From a virus (taxonomy: Duplodnaviria; Caudoviricetes): a stretch of 47,386 bases of DNA. Every line of letters starts with the position of its first letter. The first letter of the stretch is position 1. Location: IMG/VR virus record IMGVR_UViG_3300043412_000080, positions 1 through 47,386 of that record; one strand, written 5' to 3'. The position numbers and the translations under genes are program-made. Shown here one piece after another: positions 16,960 to 24,851 of the stretch. The notes under the pieces are model-generated. The model saw only the letters and a program-made list of their open reading frames with translations, was not told the DNA's origin and ran no database searches.

Positions 16960-17327
16960 TAATATACGAAAGAACAATCCGCAAGAATGGGGAGGATATA
17001 GGTAATGTGTGCCTTATTAAATATCCAAATTTAAGCGTACCATTTTTGCAATATGCTGTTATGCCACCATATCAGAATCAGGGTATAGCGAGCCGTGAAG
17101 TTGCATCATTCTTGAAAGATTGTCACAAAAATGGACACAATAGAATATCCGCTATGGTACAGCACTGCAACGTTGCAAGCATGAAAATTATTGAGAAAAA
17201 CAATTTTGTAAAGATTAAAAACTTTGAGAATGTTTTTACATATTTAATTGATTTGCGAATCAGTAAAGAAAAACTACAGGCGGTGATGGATAATTTTAAA
17301 ACAACCAGCCAGCATTTCAGAGTTTAA
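16956..17327 (+). CDS. GNAT (RimJ/RimL-like) acetyltransferase
   Basis: YAVMPPYQNQGIAS acetyl-CoA motif; NVASMKIIEKNNF. Confidence 0.85.
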   Translation: MIIYERTIRKNGEDIGNVCLIKYPNLSVPFLQYAVMPPYQNQGIASREVASFLKDCHKNGHNRISAMVQHCNVASMKIIEKNNFVKIKNFENVFTYLIDLRISKEKLQAVMDNFKTTSQHFRV

Positions 17328-17383
17328 AGGTGTTGGATTCTACACCTTTAGAATTAACAATTAATATTAAAGGGTGAATTATT

Positions 17384-17602
17384 ATGGGAAAGTTTTTTTT
17401 AGGAATATGTATTACTTCTGCTTTATTTCTTGCTTTTTTTGGTTGGCATTTTGAGACGCAAAGATTTAATCTGTGTGGAAAATTATATCCGATTAAAAAA
17501 GATTTTGATTATTGCTATGCTGAATCTAAATCTATAGATTTGGAATTTAAATTTACTGACAAGTTTGTAAAAAATATCAATAAGAAGATTAATAAACACT
17601 AG
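17384..17602 (+). CDS. small membrane-anchored protein
   Basis: N-terminal TM helix; AAGGGTG RBS. Confidence 0.6.
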   Translation: MGKFFLGICITSALFLAFFGWHFETQRFNLCGKLYPIKKDFDYCYAESKSIDLEFKFTDKFVKNINKKINKH

Positions 17603-17626
17603 TGTTTATTGCAATACATACCAGAT

Positions 17627-17663
17627 AAAAAGCTACTACAAGTTAATGTGGTGGCTTTTTTTT
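17627..17663 (+). terminator. intrinsic terminator
   Basis: AGCTACTACA-AGTTAA-TGTGGTGGCT followed by a T run; G-U pairs favour the plus strand. Confidence 0.8.
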
Positions 17664-17673
17664 ATATTTTTTA

Positions 17674-17794
17674 TCAAACCGAGGGGAATCGAACCCCTAT
17701 GTCATGCTATGTGTTAGCCTAACACAATAATCGCAAAGATGAAACCCTCAAGGAGCGACATATCCATTAGCACATTACTCATCATACGGTTTGA
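17674..17794 (-). ncRNA. tRNA-like ncRNA (~120 nt) with its own promoter
   Basis: Acceptor CAAACCG/CGGTTTG-A; canonical T-arm AGGGG-TTCGATT-CCCCT; non-canonical interior; promoter TTGCAT(17830-17825)-16bp-TATAAT(17808-17803) with extended TG. Confidence 0.7.
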
Positions 17795-17905
17795 GTAAAA
17801 TCATTATAACACAATTTTATTAAAATGCAATCCATCATTAACTTTTTGGTAACATCTTTTTGTTATTATCATTTCATAGGGGAATTAACCCCATGGAGTT
17901 TGAAA

Positions 17906-18016
17906 ATGAAAAAACTACATAAAATAACATGGTCAATATGCCAGCACTTAATGTGCGGAGCGTTTTTAATGGGCGTTGCGTTTTGCGTAACACAGACAAT
18001 CGGAGGTATAGCATGA
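17906..18016 (+). CDS. small membrane peptide
   Basis: GGAG RBS; MKKLHKITW...hydrophobic segment. Confidence 0.5.
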   Translation: MKKLHKITWSICQHLMCGAFLMGVAFCVTQTIGGIA

Positions 18017-18171
18017 AATATATTTTAATCATTATGGTTATTTTGTCCGTTACCGCCTGTGCAAGACGTGAACATGAACAAATCCAGTATCGCCAAGCCG
18101 TCGGACGCGAACACATTTACAAAATAATCAAAACAGACGAATTGCGGAGGGATTATTATGAAGCTAGTTAA
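18013..18171 (+). CDS. small lipoprotein
   Basis: GGAGGT RBS; MKYILIIMVILSVTA-C lipobox. Confidence 0.7.
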   Translation: MKYILIIMVILSVTACARREHEQIQYRQAVGREHIYKIIKTDELRRDYYEAS

Positions 18172-18931
18172 AAAAGGGGTCATTGCCGCAGCCGTTCTTG
18201 CATCTGCCTTTGCTGCGTATCAATACGGGCGAATCAGTCAAACACCCATCATTAAGGAGGTCACTGTAAAAGAAAACGTGTATATCCAAGACACGCAGGG
18301 GAAAATTGATGCAGAGAATAAATTAAATTCTGTATTGGAATTTTTAACTGGAGGGCAAAAGATTTTTGCTAAAATGGTTATGGATATGAACATATACACA
18401 AAAAACCCGTTGCAATCATACGAGGACGCTTATTGGTTGGCGGTGGCAATGTATAGGGAATGTGGGATATGTAATGACTCCGAAGCGGTATTCTTGGCAT
18501 ATTCACTTCGTGGATTTTTGCATAACAAGTTAGAACCAAGTATGAAAGCCCTTGTACATCGCAGGGAGGCAAGCGGTGCATACTTCTTATCGTTTGCCAG
18601 CAATAAATCTTTAATGTCCCTACCGAATGTAAAAGATGATGCCATATTCAGACGTTACATTGGTTATGCTTTGTCCGTTTTATACAATGTGCATAACGAA
18701 TCAATTAATACCCAAAATGTGCAAAACATTTACCATCAAATTACAGGAGGCAAAGAAACGGGGATATATTGGTGTAATACCGAATCATCAAAATGTGATT
18801 GGCACAAAGGATATGCAAGGCGTAACGGTACAATCCCGTTTCGTTTAAATTATTCACAGGAATTATCACCAGTGATTAGCGAGAATATCGAATCACTTCA
18901 TAAATTTTATGCAAAGGAACGCAAGATATGA
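18158..18931 (+). CDS. SleB/Hydrolase_2-like cell wall hydrolase, membrane-anchored, divergent
   Basis: WLAVAMYRECG resembles the CLAxAIYFEARG catalytic Glu motif; YFLSF and LHKFY resemble QFSW and HxFY; N-terminal TM. Confidence 0.6.
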   Translation: MKLVKKGVIAAAVLASAFAAYQYGRISQTPIIKEVTVKENVYIQDTQGKIDAENKLNSVLEFLTGGQKIFAKMVMDMNIYTKNPLQSYEDAYWLAVAMYRECGICNDSEAVFLAYSLRGFLHNKLEPSMKALVHRREASGAYFLSFASNKSLMSLPNVKDDAIFRRYIGYALSVLYNVHNESINTQNVQNIYHQITGGKETGIYWCNTESSKCDWHKGYARRNGTIPFRLNYSQELSPVISENIESLHKFYAKERKI

Positions 18932-19111
18932 ATTTTATCAAAGACACAATCACATTATCAGTTTTATCCGCAATCTGTGGGTACGTTGCATCATATCCAT
19001 TTATTCAGGATATGGCGTTTAAATTAGTACAGGGGGTTATATGAGTAATATCCTAAACGCAATCATAGGGCTTGCGATTGTTGCCCTGTACATCATCATT
19101 AAGGGGCATAT

Positions 19112-19339
19112 ATGACAATAACAAAAGAAAAATTAAAATTAATGTTAGATTTATACACAGAGAAGGAATGCCAAAAAATAGATGGTAAAACATATATATC
19201 ATTAAACGGTGCTACAGTTGATGATTTTTTGAGTCATATCTATAGCATATTATGGCAATTACAAGATGCAAAAGATATGCGATACGTTAAATCTTTTGCG
19301 TATGATACGAGTAAAAATAAAATACAGGTGGATATATGA
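19112..19339 (+). CDS. hypothetical protein
   Basis: AGGGG RBS. Confidence 0.6.
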   Translation: MTITKEKLKLMLDLYTEKECQKIDGKTYISLNGATVDDFLSHIYSILWQLQDAKDMRYVKSFAYDTSKNKIQVDI

Positions 19340-19462
19340 CGGAATTATTTAAGCGACTAACCGAGATATTCGCAATCGTGAACGCTGAATATCGTTCGTT
19401 GGATAAGACTGATAAAGAGGCTTTGAAACGTGGTTTACCAAACAACAACAAAGGAGAATAAC

Positions 19463-19714
19463 ATGATTAAATTTTTAAAAAGACTTTTTGTAAAAGAAAA
19501 AAATAGTTCTAATGAAGAAGGTCAAGAAATTGAAAAAGATTTTGATATACTTTATGCTCTTTTTGATGATGATTATTTTAATGAACGAATTAAGGCAAAA
19601 AACGCATTCATAGAGGCGATAGAAAATCCCAATGAAAATCCTAATAATGTTTCAGCAGAAACCAAACAAAAATTTGCTGAATTAATGAAAGGTGATAAAA
19701 ATGCCCGTGATTAA
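19463..19714 (+). CDS. hypothetical protein
   Basis: AAGGAG RBS before MIKF. Confidence 0.6.
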   Translation: MIKFLKRLFVKEKNSSNEEGQEIEKDFDILYALFDDDYFNERIKAKNAFIEAIENPNENPNNVSAETKQKFAELMKGDKNARD

Positions 19715-20008
19715 CACAATCTTAACTACCATGTGGCATAATAAAATGAATAGATGGTTGCGAGGCAATGCACGCAATCAGAATACACCGAAGGACGATT
19801 TATGGATTATCGTAGATGATTCGGAATGGTCAAAATTAAACAACAACTTATCGAAGGATACGACAAAATGGACAGATTAAATCAAGCAATATACGACGCA
19901 CGCAATGCCTGTGAAGTCATGGAGCGTTACGAGAAAAAACGAATCATAGAGGAACGTAAACTATCCGAAGCGGATTACTTGCGCATAAAAAACGCCCCAC
20001 AGAATTAA
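19692..20008 (+). CDS. two small overlapping hypothetical genes (19692-19880 and 19826/19868-20008)
   Basis: Consecutive coupled ORFs with RBSs. Confidence 0.5.
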
Positions 20009-20120
20009 CCGTGGGACTATTTTTGAGCCTGACGAACTCATGTTTTAGTCAAATATTAAAACATACTAAAATCATAATATTGCACTAAAAATGTGTGACG
20101 ACACCACGCCGTCACATCTT
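19987..20120 (-). ncRNA. candidate sRNA (~135 nt)
   Basis: Promoter TTGCAT(20154-20149)-17bp-TATAAT(20131-20126); hairpins UGUGACGGC/GUCGUCACA and AUGUUUUA/UAAAACAU; terminator GUCCCACGG-UUAAUU-CUGUGGGGC-GUUUUUU that pairs fully only on the minus strand. Confidence 0.7.
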
Positions 20121-20333
20121 TTATTATTATATGGTGATTCGTTAGGAAATGCAACATACACAATTAATTTTATATACAAGGTTAATTATGTATGTTATAA
20201 AATAAACAGTGGTTCGCATAAGGCGAATCAGAAAAAATAAAAAAGGGATAAATATGAACATTGAACAAAAAATTTCCGACATTAATATTATTATCTGCAA
20301 GAACGCCATTTTTAAACTGGATTAGAGGCTAGA

Positions 20334-20609
20334 ATGAAAAATCTATACACAGATGCACAGAAACAAATACGCCTTGCATTAATGATACGAATGCAGGGTG
20401 AATTACAGGTAATTAAACGCCGTCAAATCGGCAAATTTTTACCGCCAGCCCAAAAGATTGATTGGGATTATCTGTCTGAATTTCTAGATAATACGCCCAT
20501 CAATACCATTAAATCTTGGTTGCGGACAAATACGAATACCAAACAAATACAGGGCGTTCCGCTGTCAAAAGTGAAATGGATTGAAAATAAATTAAAGGAG
20601 GTTTTATGA
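20334..20609 (+). CDS. possible HTH DNA-binding protein
   Basis: DYLSEFLDNTPINTIKSWLR; GAGG RBS. Confidence 0.55.
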   Translation: MKNLYTDAQKQIRLALMIRMQGELQVIKRRQIGKFLPPAQKIDWDYLSEFLDNTPINTIKSWLRTNTNTKQIQGVPLSKVKWIENKLKEVL

Positions 20610-20986
20610 CGTATAAAATGCAATTAGATTGTATTTCACAGGGCTTTGAAACTGCTACATCAAAGGCAATAAAGTCTATCGAACGAGAAAAAAAAGAATT
20701 TTCACAATATTTAAAAATTGTGGAATTTATTTTTAGGGAAATATTGGTGCCTGAAAAATTACATGAAAATGTAAAAATCACGAATAACGGCGTTTTTAGA
20801 ATTGAAATCACTTTAGACGATGCGTTTAAAATAAATAAGATTCTTTTACATATTCAGGGTGATATAGTTACTATGATAAATGATGATTTTTATGATAAAA
20901 AATTTTCAATTTCACATGGGCTGTATCCGTTAAAAGTGAACATATTAGAACACATCAATCATTTTAAAGTGGTGGGTGTGGAGTGA
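20606..20986 (+). CDS. hypothetical protein
   Basis: GGAGG RBS, coupled. Confidence 0.65.
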   Translation: MTYKMQLDCISQGFETATSKAIKSIEREKKEFSQYLKIVEFIFREILVPEKLHENVKITNNGVFRIEITLDDAFKINKILLHIQGDIVTMINDDFYDKKFSISHGLYPLKVNILEHINHFKVVGVE

Positions 20987-21126
20987 CAAAGTCCGAGCAA
21001 AAACCGCCTAAAACGCCCGAAGAAAAAATAACCCGCTTAGAGAAAGAGGTTTACATTTTGCAAACGCACGTCAAACATATCTTTGATGTGCTTAAATTAA
21101 ACAACATAAAATGGTAAGGATAAATT

Positions 21127-21474
21127 ATGACAGATAGAATAATCAAGGTTGATGCGTTGTTGAGAGCTTTGGCGGATAGAAAACCAAGGGCTATACACAA
21201 TCCGCCTGTTGCTATTGGCTATGGACAGGCAATGTGTGATTTAGAAGAGATTATATCAGAGATTGCAACAACTGCCCCCGAAACACAGGAAAGCGTAAGT
21301 ATTGATAAAATAATGGAGGTTTATAACCATATCAAAAGTAAGCAACAAGAAGCAGCATTACTTCCTAGTAATAAATTTGATAAAAAAGTTGTTGAACAAG
21401 TATATTCCACACTTGATGTAGTGATTAAGGCAATTACAAAAACACCAACGAAAGGAACAAATCATGGAATTTGA
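21127..21474 (+). CDS. hypothetical protein
   Basis: AAGGA RBS; RIIKVDALL N-terminus. Confidence 0.7.
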   Translation: MTDRIIKVDALLRALADRKPRAIHNPPVAIGYGQAMCDLEEIISEIATTAPETQESVSIDKIMEVYNHIKSKQQEAALLPSNKFDKKVVEQVYSTLDVVIKAITKTPTKGTNHGI

Positions 21475-21913
21475 CAAAGAAAAATGGGGTGCCTATGTCC
21501 AAGAGCAGGGCGGTCATAAAAACCTAGCATCAACCGCTATGGAAAATAGAGTCATTCAATATTGCTATCTTTATGATGATGCACTGGAGGCATTTGAAGA
21601 TGATTTTAACCCTATTATTCATAGTGGCGACACGGCTTTATTTATGGCTTTAAAGCTAGATATAGAAGAGTTTATTCTGCCCGAACCAGTGCAAACAGTC
21701 ACAGGCATTGAGGCTTTACAGGCTTTGTGTGATGGTAAAGTGTTGAGGCTCAACTCAAATTCAGACCAGCGTGTTGATTATGAAATTCATGGGAGACATA
21801 TTATGCGACGCTACGTAGGAAATAAAGATTTTGAATATTGTTACCAACCAAGAGAGGATTCTGGTGCAGATTTCTTTTTAAATCATATTTTCGAGGTGAT
21901 ACCATGCCAATAA
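21464..21913 (+). CDS. hypothetical protein
   Basis: AAGGA RBS; internal TGIEALQALCDGKVLR motif. Confidence 0.7.
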   Translation: MEFDKEKWGAYVQEQGGHKNLASTAMENRVIQYCYLYDDALEAFEDDFNPIIHSGDTALFMALKLDIEEFILPEPVQTVTGIEALQALCDGKVLRLNSNSDQRVDYEIHGRHIMRRYVGNKDFEYCYQPREDSGADFFLNHIFEVIPCQ

Positions 21914-22083
21914 TTATATTGATTTTAATCGGAGTTGCGATTTACGCAATCGTGACGATTGGTTTTCAGTCGTGGCTTGGGATATGCCTTGCCGCACTGT
22001 GTGTAATGCTTTTAATCGCTTTAAACGAAAGCAAACCAAAGCAGAAAAAAGATGATGACGATAACGATTTTATGGGTATGTGA
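21904..22083 (+). CDS. small two-TM membrane protein
   Basis: GAGGTG RBS; two hydrophobic helices and an acidic tail. Confidence 0.65.
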   Translation: MPIIILILIGVAIYAIVTIGFQSWLGICLAALCVMLLIALNESKPKQKKDDDDNDFMGM

Positions 22084-22094
22084 TGATTAAATAA

Positions 22095-22134
22095 CAAAAA
22101 AGCCCGTACATTTTACCGTACGGGCTTAATTTTT
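22095..22134. terminator. terminator between the convergent early and late operons
   Basis: AAGCCCGTAC-8nt-GTACGGGCTT; the U tract is best on the minus strand. Confidence 0.88.
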
Positions 22135-22213
22135 GTTACAAGAAAAGGAACTAACTTATGACAGACAGAATGAAAAAAAATAAATAAGAATTACAAATCA
22201 AGACAATTTGTAA
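22095..22213 (-). ncRNA. candidate trans-acting anti-RBS sRNA (~120 nt)
   Basis: Promoter TTGCAA(22246-22241)-17bp-TACAAT(22223-22218); 5' hairpin; AUUCUGUCUGUCAUAAGUUAGUUCCUUUUCU is complementary to the start of gene 21127; strong terminator. Confidence 0.65.
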
Positions 22214-22250
22214 GATAATTGTAACTTATATTTAAGGACATTGCAAGCGT

Positions 22251-22661
22251 TTATTTTGCCTGAACTAGCAGGAAACGCCCTTGCGACACGTGCCTATGCG
22301 AATGGTTGGGAGATTTAAATTCATTTAATATTTTATCCCGTATTGCGTCACATTTAATCAAACTCGAACGCTTGCATATTGAATTATTTGTGTAAAAAGA
22401 TGATAAAGGCAAACAAACGTGCATTATACCCCAGCCTAAGGCTTGCCACGTTGGTATTTTCATATAATCACTATTAATTATCCAATTAGTACCACACACG
22501 ACCATCACCACCGATGCCGCAAGAAAAAATATAAGTGCACTTCTTTTATCAGAATCAATAATCGCATGATTAAACCATAAATTTAATCCACAATATGCCG
22601 ACGACGCGACGTAACATGACACCATGCCAATGCTTAGCATTCCTAAAATAAGTTCTTTCAT
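22251..22661 (-). CDS. multi-TM membrane protein in the lysis region
   Basis: Three hydrophobic segments; downstream of the endolysin. Confidence 0.6.
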   Translation of the reverse strand: MKELILGMLSIGMVSCYVASSAYCGLNLWFNHAIIDSDKRSALIFFLAASVVMVVCGTNWIINSDYMKIPTWQALGWGIMHVCLPLSSFYTNNSICKRSSLIKCDAIRDKILNEFKSPNHSHRHVSQGRFLLVQAK

Positions 22662-22879
22662 TGTGTAACCACAGCTCCAAATGATTTTATAAATATTTCA
22701 ACAATTTTTATCACCAATTCAGGCTTTAGGATTGCCATGATAAGAAAAAACAAAAACAAAAAAACAGTTTTTACCAAAATAGGCAAGTTTTTATTCGCAA
22801 GGATATTGCTTTTTTCTAATTCAGTATTCATTGCGTCAATCCGCTTTTCAAGTTCTTGTATTTTATCGGTATCATTCAT
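22658..22879 (-). CDS. holin-like membrane protein
   Basis: Coiled coil plus TM helix, coupled to the endolysin. Confidence 0.5.
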   Translation of the reverse strand: MNDTDKIQELEKRIDAMNTELEKSNILANKNLPILVKTVFLFLFFLIMAILKPELVIKIVEIFIKSFGAVVTQ

Positions 22880-23298
22880 GCCGCCACTCTGTAACTAATC
22901 ACGTTTGTTTTTTTTAACCATAAATAACAAACTTTGTTTTTTTGATTACCGCCATAAACTAAGATATGGTTATCACGTTCTTTGCCTGCGTAAAAACCAA
23001 CGTGTCCTTGCACGGGAGAACTGCCACGCTTTAAAACCACGATACAGCCCGTAAATGGTGTTTTTACCGCCTGCCCCCAGTTTAACCATGAACGAGCCAA
23101 AGCCGAGCCTGTGCCTTTAATCCCTGCTTTTTGGCAGCACCAATTAACGAATGATGAACACCATGCTGTTTCGTCGTTGTTTGCCTTAAGTGTCGTTGCA
23201 CTATGATATTCTACGATGCGTGGATTATCGACACCGCCAACGATTTCAGCGGTTTTATATTCTTTTAATGCTATATCGTATATCGCTTGTTGTGTCAT
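22876..23298 (-). CDS. endolysin, TIGR02594 family (CHAP/NlpC-like peptidase)
   Basis: NPRIVEYH, DETAWCSSFVNW, SALARSWLNWG, GHVGF, GGNQ. Confidence 0.92.
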   Translation of the reverse strand: MTQQAIYDIALKEYKTAEIVGGVDNPRIVEYHSATTLKANNDETAWCSSFVNWCCQKAGIKGTGSALARSWLNWGQAVKTPFTGCIVVLKRGSSPVQGHVGFYAGKERDNHILVYGGNQKNKVCYLWLKKTNVISYRVAA

Positions 23299-23462
23299 AA
23301 AATCCCCAGTCTTAATAATTTAAACGCAATCCAGTCAATACGCTTTTTTTGCGGTTCGGTTAAGAATTGCACATTATCACGTAAACCATTATGCAATTCA
23401 ATATACTTGTCTTTATCTTTATTATTACGTAAAGAATGAACGCCGATGTAATAAACTTGCAT
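23295..23462 (-). CDS. hypothetical protein (55 aa, not in ORF track)
   Basis: AAGGAG RBS; MQVYYIGVHSLR...; stop overlaps the endolysin start. Confidence 0.6.
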   Translation of the reverse strand: MQVYYIGVHSLRNNKDKDKYIELHNGLRDNVQFLTEPQKKRIDWIAFKLLRLGIL

Positions 23463-23465
23463 AAA

Positions 23466-23717
23466 TTAAGCTCCTTCATAAATTTCAGTCAGCGTAACCT
23501 GCTTATTGCAATAACTGCAAAAACACATAAAATTACTGCCTATTTGCCAATCCCTGCCACCACACGAACCACATAAAAAAACATTTATAACTTTATTATC
23601 ATTAGCATTAATTTTCAAGGCACGTTTTGATTTTTTTACCCAAACTACAGATTCATTGAAAACTCCATAATTTATAAATGATTTTATAAACACCTTACAA
23701 TCAATCCTTTTTCGCAA
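23466..23717 (-). CDS. small zinc-ribbon protein
   Basis: CGSC...CSYC. Confidence 0.55.
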   Translation of the reverse strand: MRKRIDCKVFIKSFINYGVFNESVVWVKKSKRALKINANDNKVINVFLCGSCGGRDWQIGSNFMCFCSYCNKQVTLTEIYEGA

Positions 23718-23795
23718 AATTTTTTAACGCACAAGCTAGAAAAATTAACCATACAACAGCGAATATGATTAATAATATACATTCGCCATCAATCA

Positions 23796-23963
23796 TTATT
23801 TATCCTTTGCACGCCCAAAATTAAAGGCAATTATTTCAATCACTTTATATGCCTTGCCCAGTGCTGTATCAGGTGACGGAGTCGGCGTGGCAAAACACAC
23901 CACACTGCATATTGATATAAAAATAGGCATTGTGTCAAGAATTTTGTAAAGTAAGTCAATCAT
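23796..23963 (-). CDS. holin-like small membrane protein (55 aa, not in ORF track)
   Basis: MIDLLYKILDTMPIFISICSVVCFATPTPSPDTALGKAYKVIEIIAFNFGRAKDK; TPTP motif typical of small lysis-cassette proteins. Confidence 0.7.
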   Translation of the reverse strand: MIDLLYKILDTMPIFISICSVVCFATPTPSPDTALGKAYKVIEIIAFNFGRAKDK

Positions 23964-24601
23964 ATTAGCTTTGCCTCAAATTTATCAATATGTATCCCCG
24001 CTGTATCAGTTGTCATAACTGTGGTACGCACGCCAGCCGAACCTGCACCTGTAATACCCGTATCTGTCACATTAATTCTAGCAACACCGTCAATGATTCC
24101 CTGAATATTTGAACCATTCATGTATAATAAAATTTCACGAGAACCAGAATTAAAAGTTTCTACATAAGTTCCGAGATTTGTCGTCGCACCATTGATACTT
24201 TTAAATAATAACCAATTCCCAGATGTTTTATCGTATCGCAACGCATAAAATGTATTCTGCCCGTCCGCCGTGGCACGTCCAACAATACCACAACCCACTA
24301 AAGCAAAGTCTGCAATAAAATCAAACTTCGCATAGACAGAATAATTAGGCGTTGGCATAACATAAGATGTGCGATACACATTAGATGATGCCCTGCCAGA
24401 TAGGCGATTATTTACAATCACGGCTTGCGTTATAGTCGTGGTTTGTGCCTGCCATACAGCGTTTTTATCACCTGTATGTGATGTGATGCTTGTGTTATTT
24501 GTATCTGTAAAGTTATCAATAACTGACAACGAATCACGGCTAGAAAAAATAGAACTTATTAATCCTGATGATAAATTACTACCTAAGTTTGCACTAAGCA
24601 T
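23960..24601 (-). CDS. beta-sandwich (lectin-like) virion accessory protein
   Basis: DNFTDTNNT...YALRYD...GITGAGSAGV...IDKFEA. Confidence 0.6.
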   Translation of the reverse strand: MLSANLGSNLSSGLISSIFSSRDSLSVIDNFTDTNNTSITSHTGDKNAVWQAQTTTITQAVIVNNRLSGRASSNVYRTSYVMPTPNYSVYAKFDFIADFALVGCGIVGRATADGQNTFYALRYDKTSGNWLLFKSINGATTNLGTYVETFNSGSREILLYMNGSNIQGIIDGVARINVTDTGITGAGSAGVRTTVMTTDTAGIHIDKFEAKLI

Positions 24602-24851
24602 AAGCGTGGTACTCCGCCGTTCCGCCAGTTACTTTTACCGCCTGCCCCTGTAATACATCTTTAAGAATCATATATGTGCCAGTGGCGATTGTTACAGGAT
24701 TGTTTCGGTATTCAGTGTTAATTATTTCTTGCACCGTAAGAGTTCCAGTAATGCACGCAATTTTTATATCACAATTAACCTTTGGCGTGTAAATACCACC
24801 GTCTGCCAGTGTGCCTTTTTCACTGTATCTTTGTGCTTTGTATAGTGACAT
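24594..24851 (-). CDS. small virion accessory protein
   Basis: Beta-rich ORF in the late operon. Confidence 0.55.
   Translation of the reverse strand: MSLYKAQRYSEKGTLADGGIYTPKVNCDIKIACITGTLTVQEIINTEYRNNPVTIATGTYMILKDVLQGQAVKVTGGTAEYHAYA

Noticed and set aside
16956-17327. GNAT-RHH toxin-antitoxin pair
   Set aside because: No adjacent RHH antitoxin (the RHH genes are about 10 kb away) and the GNAT looks RimJ/RimL-like.
17674-17794. Canonical or suppressor tRNA (TCA/CAT triplets in an interior loop), or attP
   Set aside because: No proper 5-bp stem with 7-nt anticodon loop, no D-arm, genes read in the standard code, and no integrase; kept only as tRNA-like.
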